From positions 35,767 to 99,766 of the forward strand of contig JACNKR010000037.1 of NCBI GenBank assembly GCA_014381925.1: a DNA stretch of 64,000 bases, written 5' to 3'. Under the pieces are notes generated by a model. That model made no database searches. It had not been told where the DNA came from and worked only from the letters and a program-made list of their open reading frames with translations. Origin of the DNA: Fidelibacterota bacterium (lineage in GTDB: Bacteria > Fidelibacterota > Marinisomatia > SCGC-AAA003-L08 > GCA-2689995). Both the position numbers and the translations under genes were made by a program. How positions within the stretch are numbered: the first letter of the stretch is position 1; every line of letters begins with the position of its first letter. Of this stretch, positions 20,568 through 30,758 are shown piece after piece.

Positions 20568-20655
20568 GGAGAGGTGTCAGAGTGGTCGAATGTACTCGCC
20601 TGGAACGCGGGTGTAGAGCAATCTACCGGGAGTTCGAATCTCCCCCTCTCCGCCA
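20568..20655 (+). tRNA. tRNA-Ser (anticodon GGA), CCA encoded
   Basis: Acceptor GGAGAGG/CCTCTCC; anticodon arm CTCGC-CTGGAAC-GCGGG; long variable arm; T-arm GGGAGTTCGAATCTCCC; 3' GCCA. Confidence 0.95.
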
Positions 20656-20677
20656 TAAATTTTAACGGAGGATATAC

Positions 20678-21229
20678 TTGGCAGTAAAAAGTAAAAATGT
20701 GAAAGCAAAAATTTCAAAAAAATCTAAGAAAAACACGGTTTCTGATAAATTAAAAAAACAGGTCGAAGAGTTAAATTTGAAAAATGAAAATCTTTCAATT
20801 GAGGTTGAAAAATTTAAAGATAAAAATATTCGTTTATTAGCTGAGTTTGAGAATTATAAAAAAAGATTAATTAATGAAAGAAAGAATTTAACAAAATACG
20901 CTGGTGAATCTATTATTAAAGATTTAATTACTGTATTGGATGATTTTTCCAGAACGATTGAGTCAACAATTGATGATAGTCCATTATTAGATGGTGTGAA
21001 ATTAGTTGAAAGTAAAATTAATAAAATATTTGAAGAGCATGGTGTGCTTTCCTTTGATTCAATTGGGGAATTATTTAATCCAGAACTACACGAAGCATTA
21101 ATGAATCAAGAAACTGAAGATGAAGAAGATGGTGTGATATTGAGTGAATTTACAAAAGGCTATAAATATCATGATAAAATACTGAGACATGCAAAGGTTG
21201 TTGTGAGTAAAGCAAAACAGGAAGCATAA
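20678..21229 (+). CDS. grpE: nucleotide exchange factor GrpE
   Basis: Coiled N-terminus, RL.AEFENYKKR, C-terminal beta domain. TTG start 9 nt after ACGGAGGA. Confidence 0.9.
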   Translation: MAVKSKNVKAKISKKSKKNTVSDKLKKQVEELNLKNENLSIEVEKFKDKNIRLLAEFENYKKRLINERKNLTKYAGESIIKDLITVLDDFSRTIESTIDDSPLLDGVKLVESKINKIFEEHGVLSFDSIGELFNPELHEALMNQETEDEEDGVILSEFTKGYKYHDKILRHAKVVVSKAKQEA

Positions 21230-21230
21230 T

Positions 21231-22331
21231 TTGAACGATTATTATGATATTTTAGGAGTTGATAAAGGCTCATCTAAAGATGAAATAAAAAAAGCATACC
21301 GCAAAGTTGCAATGAAATTTCATCCAGATAGAAACCCTGATAATAAAGATGCTGAAACTAAATTTAAGGAAGCTGCAGAAGCTTATTCGGTTTTAAGCGA
21401 TGATCAGAAAAAAGCTCAATATGATCAATTTGGCCATGCAGGTATGAATGGTAACGGATTTAATTCTTCTGGTTTTACAGATATGAATGATATTTTTAGT
21501 AATTTTTCAGACATTTTTGAAGCCTCAGGATTTGGTGATATTTTTGGTGGAGGTGGAGGTCGCACTCGAAGACAGCGAAAAGGGACAGATTTAAAATTAA
21601 GTATTCCTGTTACTTTAGAAGATGTGTATTCTGGAGCTGAAAAATCAATTAAAATTAAACGCTTAGAAAATTGTAAAAGTTGCACAGGAAGTGGTGCTGA
21701 AAAAGGAGCTAAACCAATTACATGTACTGGTTGTAATGGAAGTGGTGAAATTCGAAGAATGCAACGCTCACTGTTTGGCCAAGTGATGAATGTCCAGCCG
21801 TGTCAAAATTGTAAAGGTACTGGGAAAGTAATATCAAATCCTTGTAAATCATGCAGAGGAGATGGAGTTACACGAATATCTGCATCAGTTTCATTTGAAA
21901 TTCCTCCAGGTATTTCAGGTGGAAATTATATGACTCAACGAGGTGAAGGAAATAAAGGACCAAATGGTGTTCCTGCAGGCGATTTAATGATTTATTTTGA
22001 AGAAATAGAACATTCGTTATTCACAAGAGACAATAATGATATTTATATTGATGCTTATGTTTCTTATCCAATAGCTGTTTTTGGTGGACAAATAGAAGTA
22101 CCTACTTTAGCGGGGAAAGTCAGATTAAAAATACCTTCTGGAATTAGACCGGGACAAATGTTAAGATTAAGAAATAAAGGGTTACCGGGATTAAATAGTC
22201 ATAGACATGGTGATTTGATTGTTAGAATAAATGTTCATGTACCTAAGCATGTTTCTAAAAATGCTAAAAAAATAATTAATGATTTAGGCGATGAGCTTAA
22301 AGAAAATTCAGAATTTAAAAAATTTAATTAA
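21231..22331 (+). CDS. dnaJ: molecular chaperone DnaJ
   Basis: J domain (YYDILGV...HPDRN), G/F region, four CxxCxGxG zinc repeats. Confidence 0.95.
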   Translation: MNDYYDILGVDKGSSKDEIKKAYRKVAMKFHPDRNPDNKDAETKFKEAAEAYSVLSDDQKKAQYDQFGHAGMNGNGFNSSGFTDMNDIFSNFSDIFEASGFGDIFGGGGGRTRRQRKGTDLKLSIPVTLEDVYSGAEKSIKIKRLENCKSCTGSGAEKGAKPITCTGCNGSGEIRRMQRSLFGQVMNVQPCQNCKGTGKVISNPCKSCRGDGVTRISASVSFEIPPGISGGNYMTQRGEGNKGPNGVPAGDLMIYFEEIEHSLFTRDNNDIYIDAYVSYPIAVFGGQIEVPTLAGKVRLKIPSGIRPGQMLRLRNKGLPGLNSHRHGDLIVRINVHVPKHVSKNAKKIINDLGDELKENSEFKKFN

Positions 22332-22738
22332 TGAAGCTATTCACAAAACAAGAAAAGTCATTCGTATTAATTCTCGCTTTTGGTTTATTAAGTGGGATTG
22401 GTGTTAAATATTATAAAGGCGGATTCGATACAAATAGTTCGAAACTTGAATTTGTTGAGTTAGATGAAGAGATAAATGAATTTTATATTAACTTAAATGA
22501 TTCAACACATGAAATAAATAAAAAAAATAATGAAGAATTTATAGTAAATATCAATTCAGCAAATAAAAAAGAATTAGTAAAACTATCAGGAATAGGACCT
22601 TCATTAGCAGAACGGATATTAAAAAAAAGACTGGAACTCGGCAGATTTAATTCAATTGATGAATTAAAATCAGTTAAAGGGATTGGTGATAAAATAATAG
22701 AAAGAAATTTAAATAATATTTCAATAGAGGATAATTAA
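22331..22738 (+). CDS. comEA: ComEA-type helix-hairpin-helix DNA-binding protein
   Basis: N-terminal TM helix; INSANKKELVKLSGIGPSLAERIL...ELKSVKGIGDK (tandem HhH). Confidence 0.8.
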   Translation: MKLFTKQEKSFVLILAFGLLSGIGVKYYKGGFDTNSSKLEFVELDEEINEFYINLNDSTHEINKKNNEEFIVNINSANKKELVKLSGIGPSLAERILKKRLELGRFNSIDELKSVKGIGDKIIERNLNNISIEDN

Positions 22739-23508
22739 TGAGTAATAAGAGAGAACGCAAAATTGGTTTATTAGACTGGGGTTTAACCGTTTCATTTATC
22801 ATTTTAGGATTAGTAATTTATTTACCAAAATCAATTGACAAGGAAGAAACTTTTTTTAAAAATGAGAGCCGACATCGTATGGAAGTTATATACTCTGCAG
22901 AAGAGCTATTTTTAGAACTTACGGGTAAATATACATTAGATGGTGAGGAATTATTTAAAGTTGTTCAACAGGCACGAGACTCCTTAATGGGTGATAGTTT
23001 ATTCTATGGAGATAAAGAAATATATATAGATGGAGTTGCTCGAACTATAAATGTTCCTCGAGATTTACAGACTATAGTAGATACTACTTTTAGTGATGAA
23101 CTTATATTGAAAAAAGAAGTAACGAATATTGTTTATTCTGTTGGAATAATAAATCCAGAATCGGGTGTAATTGATACTATTTTTGTGAATAAAAATAATA
23201 TTGATGAAATAAGAGCAAATGAACATTTTGTTGGTGAGTATCATATTGATACAACAAGCCACTCTGAAGTTTATTCAGATTTTAAGCGAAAAGGATTTCG
23301 GTTAGATTTTAGTTTATTGAAATGCCCATTATCAAAAAAATTGTATAAAATTGAAATTGATGAAACCGATATTGAAGATCCAACGCTTACTGTTTCAAGC
23401 CCCGTTCCTGCAAATTATACTGAACCTCGATTTTTACATTTATATAAATTTAAAGCAGGTGATCATGGAATGATTACTGCTGGCATGAAAAGTTGGAAAT
23501 CAAGCTAA
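22738..23508 (+). CDS. membrane-anchored protein, unknown function (N-terminus vaguely pilin-like)
   Basis: RKIG-LLDWGLTVSFIILGLVIYLP hydrophobic N-terminus. No canonical G/FTLIE prepilin motif. Confidence 0.4.
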   Translation: MSNKRERKIGLLDWGLTVSFIILGLVIYLPKSIDKEETFFKNESRHRMEVIYSAEELFLELTGKYTLDGEELFKVVQQARDSLMGDSLFYGDKEIYIDGVARTINVPRDLQTIVDTTFSDELILKKEVTNIVYSVGIINPESGVIDTIFVNKNNIDEIRANEHFVGEYHIDTTSHSEVYSDFKRKGFRLDFSLLKCPLSKKLYKIEIDETDIEDPTLTVSSPVPANYTEPRFLHLYKFKAGDHGMITAGMKSWKSS

Positions 23509-23517
23509 GATTATATT

Positions 23518-24408
23518 TTGCTCGCAATAGCTCAATCTGGGAATAAATTTCATTATATAAACTGGATACCAACGATCAATGGCCCTGTTATTGATGGGTT
23601 TGGTGTCAAGACTTATGAGCAGACAAATTTATCATCAACACAATTTTTCAAATCACTGTTTTCCGAATTAGTTGAGCAATATAAAATAGAAATTCCAATA
23701 ATTAATTTTTCGTTGGATATGGATTCAGTACATCTTTCTGAATGCTTTTTACCAGAGAATACACATATAGAGAATTATAATTTATGGCTGAATTCTCTTA
23801 CTTATGATTCTGAATTTTCAAATCGGTTTGACTCATTTAATTACCCTTTTGCTGTAAATCAATCTAAATGTTTAAATATACATTTACCAACTCAAATTAA
23901 ACAGTCGATTATAAATGCTGTTAAACAATCTCATTATGAAATTAGGTTTTTATCTTTAGGGATTTTTTCTGCGGAAAGTTCAGCGAAAATTTTATATAAA
24001 TCAAATAATTATAAGTCATTTTTAATATGGCGGATTGGAAAGTTTAACTTTAATGAAATACTTTATATTAAAGATGGTAACTTAATATGTTATTTAAGGT
24101 TTAAGAGAATTAAAGGTATTTGTAAACTACATAATTATTATGGAGATACAAAGGCAACTGATAAAATATTAAAACAATTGGAAAAGTGTTCAGAATCTAA
24201 TTTAGAAAAGTTAAAAATATCAGATAAAATATTTATTTATTCAATTGTTGAAAATTCATCAGAAATTAAAAATATTATTTCTGAAAATAATGCTGATATA
24301 GAACATTTAAATATCGCTAATAAGATTAAAATAGATAATCATTCATCATCAAAAAAACCCTTTATTTTTGCAGAAACAGGGTTAGGATTTAAAGGCTTTG
24401 ATGTTTGA
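23518..24408 (+). CDS. hypothetical protein; possible PilM-like assembly protein (weak)
   Basis: The call rests only on size and on its position immediately upstream of a PilN-like gene. Confidence 0.3.
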   Translation: MLAIAQSGNKFHYINWIPTINGPVIDGFGVKTYEQTNLSSTQFFKSLFSELVEQYKIEIPIINFSLDMDSVHLSECFLPENTHIENYNLWLNSLTYDSEFSNRFDSFNYPFAVNQSKCLNIHLPTQIKQSIINAVKQSHYEIRFLSLGIFSAESSAKILYKSNNYKSFLIWRIGKFNFNEILYIKDGNLICYLRFKRIKGICKLHNYYGDTKATDKILKQLEKCSESNLEKLKISDKIFIYSIVENSSEIKNIISENNADIEHLNIANKIKIDNHSSSKKPFIFAETGLGFKGFDV

Positions 24409-25135
24409 TGTAAATTTATTGGGAAAACCAGGGATACAGCCTAAAGTTGTAAATACATCCCATTCTTTTTTAGATGAAATGCAAAAAGAAAAAGTTGATA
24501 CTAAATATAAACCAGTAGAAAAAAAATCACCTGCAAAATCTAGGATTAAAAGTTTAATAATAATTGGATTAATAGTTACAGGATTAACAGCGATTTGTTT
24601 AATGTATTTACTTCCACTTATTAATCCTATTAAATCGATTGAAAAACCAAATTATAATTTAGAAATTTCTCAAAATGAAATTGTATCAGGATTAATCGAT
24701 TTATTATTGAATAATAAATTAAATCAAAAAATAGATTTAATCGAATTTAATATTGATGAAATAAATATTATTTACAATAAATCAATTAATCAAAAAATTA
24801 AAGAATTAGGATTAAATGATTTTTATGGTATAAATATAAGAGCAAAAATATATCAAGATAAAAAATTGAATTACATTTATCGTATCCCTTGGTTTGGGAG
24901 ATCTAATCCTATCAATCAAGAATTTTCTAATATTAAAAAAATAATAGGAGAGCGATTTATTTTAAGTAATTCATATGATTTTAAAACAGATACATTTTCT
25001 TTAATTGTGAATGAGTATAAAAATATTGTTTCAATTTTATTAAGGTTACATGATGCGGATATTCTAACAAACTTTAATATTAAAATTCAATCTGGGCCTG
25101 ATGAATTTTCAACAATTTCTTTGAAACCATTTTAA
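24398..25135 (+). CDS. hypothetical bitopic protein; possible PilN-like (weak)
   Basis: N-terminal FDVNLLGKPG resembles the PilN INLLP motif. It is followed by a single TM helix and a periplasmic domain. Confidence 0.35.
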   Translation: MMFDVNLLGKPGIQPKVVNTSHSFLDEMQKEKVDTKYKPVEKKSPAKSRIKSLIIIGLIVTGLTAICLMYLLPLINPIKSIEKPNYNLEISQNEIVSGLIDLLLNNKLNQKIDLIEFNIDEINIIYNKSINQKIKELGLNDFYGINIRAKIYQDKKLNYIYRIPWFGRSNPINQEFSNIKKIIGERFILSNSYDFKTDTFSLIVNEYKNIVSILLRLHDADILTNFNIKIQSGPDEFSTISLKPF

Positions 25136-25138
25136 TAA

Positions 25139-25663
25139 ATGGCTTCTGTACTTGTTGGGAAATATAAAGGTCGTAAATTTTTTACAGGCAAAGATCCTAA
25201 AATTAGACCAACGCAAGGTAGAGTTAAAAAATCAGCAATGCAAATATTAGAGCCATTTGATGAATTGGATGTTCTTGATTTATATGGGGGGTTGGGGACA
25301 TTAGGAATTGAAGCATTAAGTAGAGGAGCAAAATCTGTTACATTTGTTGAGAAATATTATTCAAGTTTAAAGTATCTTAAAAAAAATATTGAATTTATTT
25401 GCCCATTAGAAAATATAAATATAGTTCAAGATGATGTGTTTTCATATTTACAAACATGTAATAAAACTTTTGATGTTATTTTAGCTGACCCTCCATATTA
25501 TGGAATAGATATTCTTAAATTACATGCTCTGGTAAAGGGTGTATTAAACAAAAATGGTAAGTACTTTTTAGAGATGAAACGAACTAAAATTGAGGATGCT
25601 GACATTCGTATTGTAAATTATGGAAATAGTCAGGCGGTATTTGGATGGAACGGAAAAAAATAA
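25139..25663 (+). CDS. rsmD: 16S rRNA (guanine966-N2)-methyltransferase
   Basis: RPT.GRVK...DLYGG.G.LGIEALSRGA...ADPPY. Confidence 0.85.
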   Translation: MASVLVGKYKGRKFFTGKDPKIRPTQGRVKKSAMQILEPFDELDVLDLYGGLGTLGIEALSRGAKSVTFVEKYYSSLKYLKKNIEFICPLENINIVQDDVFSYLQTCNKTFDVILADPPYYGIDILKLHALVKGVLNKNGKYFLEMKRTKIEDADIRIVNYGNSQAVFGWNGKK

Positions 25664-26136
25664 TAGCAATTTATCCAGGTTCATTTGATCCTATAACCTT
25701 AGGACATTTGGATATTATAACTCGAGCTTCAACTTTATTTGAAAAAGTAATAATTGCAATTGCAGTAAATTCTGAAAAGAACCCAATGTTTTCAAAAGAT
25801 ACGCGTCTTAAAATGATTAAAGAAGTGACAAAAAATATTGAAAATATTGAAATTGATAAATTTTCAGGATTATTGGTTGATTATGCCAAAAATAAAAATG
25901 CGAAAGTAATTGTACGAGGAATCAGAGCATTATCGGATTATGAATATGAATTTAATATGGCATTAATGAATAGAAGTTTGGACGAATCAATTACAACAAC
26001 ATTTTTAGTTGCTCATCAAAAGTATACACATTTAAGTTCATCCTTAGTTCGTGAAGTCGCAAGTTTAGGAGGAAATGTATCAAATCTTGTACCTCCGTTT
26101 GTAATAGAAGAATTAAAACGAAAAATTAATGAATAA
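25645..26136 (+). CDS. coaD: phosphopantetheine adenylyltransferase
   Basis: IAIYPGSFDPITLGHLDII and ISSSLVRE-type C-terminus. Confidence 0.95.
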   Translation: MERKKIIAIYPGSFDPITLGHLDIITRASTLFEKVIIAIAVNSEKNPMFSKDTRLKMIKEVTKNIENIEIDKFSGLLVDYAKNKNAKVIVRGIRALSDYEYEFNMALMNRSLDESITTTFLVAHQKYTHLSSSLVREVASLGGNVSNLVPPFVIEELKRKINE

Positions 26137-27055
26137 TATTAGGGGAAATATTTTAAGTAGAGCTTTACAAAAAAAAGCAAAAATAATACTCCCTGAAATA
26201 GAAGATTGCCGTATTCAAGAAGCTATTATTGAATTAAAGCAATTAGGAATTGAGATATTAAATCCATCTGAATTTAAAAATTATACTGAAGAATGTATTC
26301 AATTTATTAATGATATGAAGTTTACAAAGAATTGGAGTTATGAAATGTTGACTGGATTTCTTGATAATAATCTTCATTTAAGTGCTGTTCTGCTTGCAAT
26401 GGGAAAGATTGACGGAGTCGTTGCAGGAGCAGTAAATTCTTCTGCTGATGTTCTTAGAACCGCAATTAGGGTAATTGGTGTTTTACCAAAATCTAAATGG
26501 ATATCTAGTATTTTTTTAATGGTACATCCTAATAATGAAATAGCGTATACATTTTCAGATTGTGCTGTAATACCTGAGCCAACAGCAGAACAATTAGTAT
26601 CTATTGCAAAAAATGCATCTGAGTTTCATTTCTTATTAACTGAAGAAATACCTAAAGTTGCATTTTTATCTTTTTCTACAAATGGTAGTAGCGAACATTA
26701 TAGAGTTAAGAAAGTGAAAGATGCTACAACTCAATTTACAAAAAAATACAATGATATTTTACATGAAGGTGAAATTCAATTTGATGCTGCCATTAATTTG
26801 CAAGTAGCAGAAAGAAAAATATCTCACTCGAAATTAAAAGGAAATGCAAATGTATTTGTTTTTCCTAATTTAGATGCAGGTAATATCTCATATAAAATTA
26901 CTGAAAGGCTTGCTGGGTATTCTGCATTGGGTCCATTATTGCAGGGACTAAAAAAACCGATTCACGATTTATCAAGAGGATGCTCGGTTCAAGATATAAT
27001 AGATGTTACCAGTATTACTGCTCTTCAAAAGGATATGAATTATGCCAACATATAA
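26129..27055 (+). CDS. pta: phosphate acetyltransferase (short form)
   Basis: ANVFVFPNLDAGNISYKI..RL.....GPLLQGLKKPIHDLSRGCS..DI. Confidence 0.85.
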   Translation: MNNIRGNILSRALQKKAKIILPEIEDCRIQEAIIELKQLGIEILNPSEFKNYTEECIQFINDMKFTKNWSYEMLTGFLDNNLHLSAVLLAMGKIDGVVAGAVNSSADVLRTAIRVIGVLPKSKWISSIFLMVHPNNEIAYTFSDCAVIPEPTAEQLVSIAKNASEFHFLLTEEIPKVAFLSFSTNGSSEHYRVKKVKDATTQFTKKYNDILHEGEIQFDAAINLQVAERKISHSKLKGNANVFVFPNLDAGNISYKITERLAGYSALGPLLQGLKKPIHDLSRGCSVQDIIDVTSITALQKDMNYANI

Positions 27056-27299
27056 TTATAAATGTAAAAACTGTGAAGAAAGAACAGTAGTATTACAAAA
27101 AATTTCAGCTACACCTCTCATTCAATGTGAAAAATGTAATGGAGAATTAAAACGAATAATAAGTGGTGGAACAGGGCTAATATTTAAAGGCGATGGTTTT
27201 TATTTAACTGATTATGCTCGAAAAGACAAAAAATATGAATTTAATAAAGAAAAATTGAAAACTGACGAAAAACCAAAAAGTAAAGGAAAAGATGAATAA
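27042..27299 (+). CDS. FmdB-family zinc-ribbon protein
   Basis: [12 protein letters not shown]...CEKCNG.LKRIIS. Confidence 0.8.
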   Translation: MPTYNYKCKNCEERTVVLQKISATPLIQCEKCNGELKRIISGGTGLIFKGDGFYLTDYARKDKKYEFNKEKLKTDEKPKSKGKDE

Positions 27300-28593
27300 G
27301 ACAATTAAACCAAAGAATGGTTCAAAAATTACAATGGTAAATAAGAAGCTTAATGTACCTGATAATCCAATTATACCTTTTATTGAAGGAGATGGAATTG
27401 GTGCTGATATTTGGAGTGCATCTAAAAAAGTTTTAGATACTGCTGTAAATAAAGCGTATAATGGAAAACGAAAAATTGAATGGATGGAAGTATTTGCAGG
27501 TGAAAAAGCAAATGATATCTATGGACCAAATACATGGCTACCCGAAGAAACTTTAGATCGAATTAATGAATATCTTGTTTCAATAAAAGGCCCACTTACA
27601 ACACCTGTAGGAGGAGGAATTCGTTCTATAAATGTTGCATTAAGACAAAAATTGGATCTATATGTTTGTTTAAGACCTGTGAGATGGTTTGAGAATGTTC
27701 CTTCTCCTGTAAAGGATCCATCAAAAATTAATATGGTTATTTTTAGGGAAAATACTGAAGACATCTATTCTGGAATTGAATTTGAACAAGGTACAGAAAT
27801 AAATAGAAGTTTTATGAATTTCATGAAAACTGAAATGCCTGAATTATTCAAAAAAATTAGATTCCCTAATACTGCAGGTATTGGAATTAAACCTATTTCT
27901 GGGCAAGGCACAGAACGATTAGTTCGCTCTGCTATTAATTATGCATTAGAAAATAATCGAAAAAGTTTAACTTTAGTTCATAAAGGAAATATTATGAAAT
28001 TTACTGAAGGTGCTTTTAAAAATTGGGGATATGCATTAGCTGAAAGAGAATTTGGTGATAAGGTTTTTACCTGGAAGCAATGGGATGAAATTAAATTAAA
28101 TCACGGTGAAGACTCTGCAAACCATGCAATGGATAAAGCTGAAAAAGCAGGAAAATTAATTATTAAAGATGCAATTGCAGATAATTTTTTACAGCAAATT
28201 TTAACACGACCTAATGAGTATGATGTAATTGCAACGATGAATTTAAATGGTGATTATATTTCTGATGCACTTGCTGCACAGGTGGGGGGTATTGGAATTG
28301 CACCAGGTGCAAATATTAATTATAAAACAGGGAAAGCAATTTTTGAAGCTACTCATGGAACTGCTCCTAAGTATGCAGGACAAGATAAGGTAAATCCAGG
28401 CTCAGTAATTTTATCAGGTGAAATGATGTTGCGTTATATTGGCTGGACTGAAGCTGCAGATTTAATAATTAATAGTTTAGATTCAACTATCAATCAAAAG
28501 CGAGTGACTTATGATTTTCATAGACAAATGGATGATGCGACTTTATTGAAATGTTCAGAATTTGGCGATGCTATGATTGAGAATATGGGTTAA
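27292..28593 (+). CDS. icd: NADP-dependent isocitrate dehydrogenase
   Basis: [40 protein letters not shown], prokaryotic length of about 430 aa. Confidence 0.95.
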   Translation: MNKTIKPKNGSKITMVNKKLNVPDNPIIPFIEGDGIGADIWSASKKVLDTAVNKAYNGKRKIEWMEVFAGEKANDIYGPNTWLPEETLDRINEYLVSIKGPLTTPVGGGIRSINVALRQKLDLYVCLRPVRWFENVPSPVKDPSKINMVIFRENTEDIYSGIEFEQGTEINRSFMNFMKTEMPELFKKIRFPNTAGIGIKPISGQGTERLVRSAINYALENNRKSLTLVHKGNIMKFTEGAFKNWGYALAEREFGDKVFTWKQWDEIKLNHGEDSANHAMDKAEKAGKLIIKDAIADNFLQQILTRPNEYDVIATMNLNGDYISDALAAQVGGIGIAPGANINYKTGKAIFEATHGTAPKYAGQDKVNPGSVILSGEMMLRYIGWTEAADLIINSLDSTINQKRVTYDFHRQMDDATLLKCSEFGDAMIENMG

Positions 28594-28596
28594 TAT

Positions 28597-29649
28597 TTGA
28601 AGTTTATTGATCATGTTGAAATTAAGGTAAAAGCGGGTGATGGAGGGCATGGTTGTATTGCCTTCCATCGAGAAAAATTTGTACCGAAAGGTGGGCCTTC
28701 TGGAGGTGATGGTGGAAATGGTGGTAATATTATTCTCAAAGCTAACCAGCAGTTAACCACCTTACAAGATGCATCTTTTAAGCGAGTTTATAAAGCCGAA
28801 AAAGGTCAACATGGTCAAGGAAAAAAAATGCATGGTCGAAAAGGGAAAGATATAACAATTTTAGTACCACCTGGAACCATGGCAATTAATTCTGAGACAG
28901 ATGAAATTATATGTGATTTAACAGAAGATAGCCAAATCGAAATTCTTGCAAATGGTGGTAATGGTGGTTTTGGGAATGCACGGTTTAAAACTCAGAAAAA
29001 TACAGCACCGCGAAACGCAAATGATGGACAGCTTGGTGATGAATTATTAATTGAATTAGAATTAAAAATAATGGCAGATGTTGGTCTTGTTGGGTTTCCG
29101 AATGCAGGAAAATCGACATTATTATCTAAAGTTTCATCTGCTAGACCTAAAATTGCAGATTATCCATTTACAACCCTAGTTCCTAATTTAGGAATAGTGA
29201 AGCATGGTACATTTAAATCATTTGTAATGGCTGATATTCCAGGGTTAATTAAAGGCGCAAGTGATGGTAAAGGATTAGGTGCACAATTTTTAAGACATAT
29301 TGAAAGAACAAAAATTTTAGTTTTTTTAATTGACGGATTATCTGAAAATTTATTTCAAGATTATGAAACACTTGAAGAAGAATTATTAAATCATGATGTT
29401 GATATGTCAAGTAAACCCCGATTAATTTTTATATCAAAAAGTGATTCGATATTTGAAAATGAAGAAGTTGGAAAATTTAATAAAAAATATAATTCAATTT
29501 CATTTTCATCAATTACTGGAGATAATGTAGATTTATTAGTTCAGAAAATAGCAAAAGAAATAGAAAAAACAAATGATTCCCAAAAACGAAATATTCGCCC
29601 TGAGCCAAATAAAGGGGGTTGGTCCTTCCCGGATTCATCAGATATGTAG
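28597..29649 (+). CDS. obg: GTPase Obg/CgtA
   Basis: FIDHVEI.VKAGDGG.G, Gly-rich Obg fold, G1 GFPNAGKST, G3 DIPGLI. TTG start. Confidence 0.9.
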   Translation: MKFIDHVEIKVKAGDGGHGCIAFHREKFVPKGGPSGGDGGNGGNIILKANQQLTTLQDASFKRVYKAEKGQHGQGKKMHGRKGKDITILVPPGTMAINSETDEIICDLTEDSQIEILANGGNGGFGNARFKTQKNTAPRNANDGQLGDELLIELELKIMADVGLVGFPNAGKSTLLSKVSSARPKIADYPFTTLVPNLGIVKHGTFKSFVMADIPGLIKGASDGKGLGAQFLRHIERTKILVFLIDGLSENLFQDYETLEEELLNHDVDMSSKPRLIFISKSDSIFENEEVGKFNKKYNSISFSSITGDNVDLLVQKIAKEIEKTNDSQKRNIRPEPNKGGWSFPDSSDM

Positions 29650-30649
29650 ACTTAGTAAAAATGTAAAATCAATTTTTGATATTTCTAAGAATGATTTATA
29701 TAATATTGGAAATTTATCAAAAACAACTATCGATAAATTATCTTCTTTAGATATTCATAAAGCGGATGAAATTCTTAAAAAAAACCAAGAATTTGGTTGT
29801 GATTTTTTTACATTTCAAGAATCTAACTATCCTAAATTATTAAATTCAATTTATAATCCTCCCGTTGGTATTTTTGTGAGAGGAAATTTAAATTATGAAA
29901 AACCTATTGCAATTGTTGGTACGCGAAATATCACGCCTTATGGTAAAAAAATTGCAATTCAAATTACAACAGAATTAGTTAATAATGGTTTTACAATTGT
30001 CTCAGGGTTTGCAAGAGGAATTGATTCAATTTGTCATAATACAACAGTGAATTTAAATGGGAAAACGATTGCTGTTCTTGCAAGTGGATTAAATTTTTGT
30101 TACCCTAAAGAGAATAAGAAATTATATAATAAAATGTGGCAAAATAATATTTTTTTATCTGAATACCCAATTGGTCACAAGCCTGAAGCAATGTATTTCC
30201 CAAAAAGAAATAGAATAATTAGTGGGTTATCTCTAGGTACAATTGTAATTGAGGCAGGTGAAAAAAGTGGTGCAGTAATTACTGCATATAATGCACTTGA
30301 ACAAAATAGGGATGTTTTTGCTGTTCCAGGTCGTATTGATTCTAAAGCTTCTATTGGATGTAATAAATTAATTAAAAATGGTGCAAAACCCGTTTTGTCT
30401 GTAAATGATATATTAGAATCTTATCAATACAACTCTGTTAATCAGATTAAAGAACAGTTAAAATTAATTCCTGAATTAACAAAAGATGAAAAGTCTGTAT
30501 ATGATTTTTTATCTCACGACCCAATACATATTGACGAACTTTCTAAGAAAATTGGAATTAATGGCCAATTAATTTTATCAACATTATTGACATTAGAATT
30601 GAATGGAATTGTAGTTCAATTACCAGGTAAAATGTTTGTTAAAAATTAA
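29573..30649 (+). CDS. dprA: DNA-processing protein DprA
   Basis: N-terminal LSQIKGVGP, Rossmann core VGTR..T.YG....SG.ARGID, C-terminal wHTH. It overlaps obg by 77 nt. Confidence 0.9.
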   Translation: MIPKNEIFALSQIKGVGPSRIHQICRLSKNVKSIFDISKNDLYNIGNLSKTTIDKLSSLDIHKADEILKKNQEFGCDFFTFQESNYPKLLNSIYNPPVGIFVRGNLNYEKPIAIVGTRNITPYGKKIAIQITTELVNNGFTIVSGFARGIDSICHNTTVNLNGKTIAVLASGLNFCYPKENKKLYNKMWQNNIFLSEYPIGHKPEAMYFPKRNRIISGLSLGTIVIEAGEKSGAVITAYNALEQNRDVFAVPGRIDSKASIGCNKLIKNGAKPVLSVNDILESYQYNSVNQIKEQLKLIPELTKDEKSVYDFLSHDPIHIDELSKKIGINGQLILSTLLTLELNGIVVQLPGKMFVKN

Positions 30650-30758
30650 AGATTATTTTACATACTTTTAGGTATAAAAGAGTAAAAAGTATTAAGATAT
30701 CAGCTTAGATTCACACCTGAATCAACAACTTTCAACTATTATTTTCTGCGGAGTAATC

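Noticed and set aside
20455-20677. CIRCE/HrcA operator upstream of grpE-dnaJ.
   Set aside because: No TTAGCACTC-N9-GAGTGCTAA-like inverted repeat is present. Only the tRNA-Ser gene and an SD lie in this spacer.
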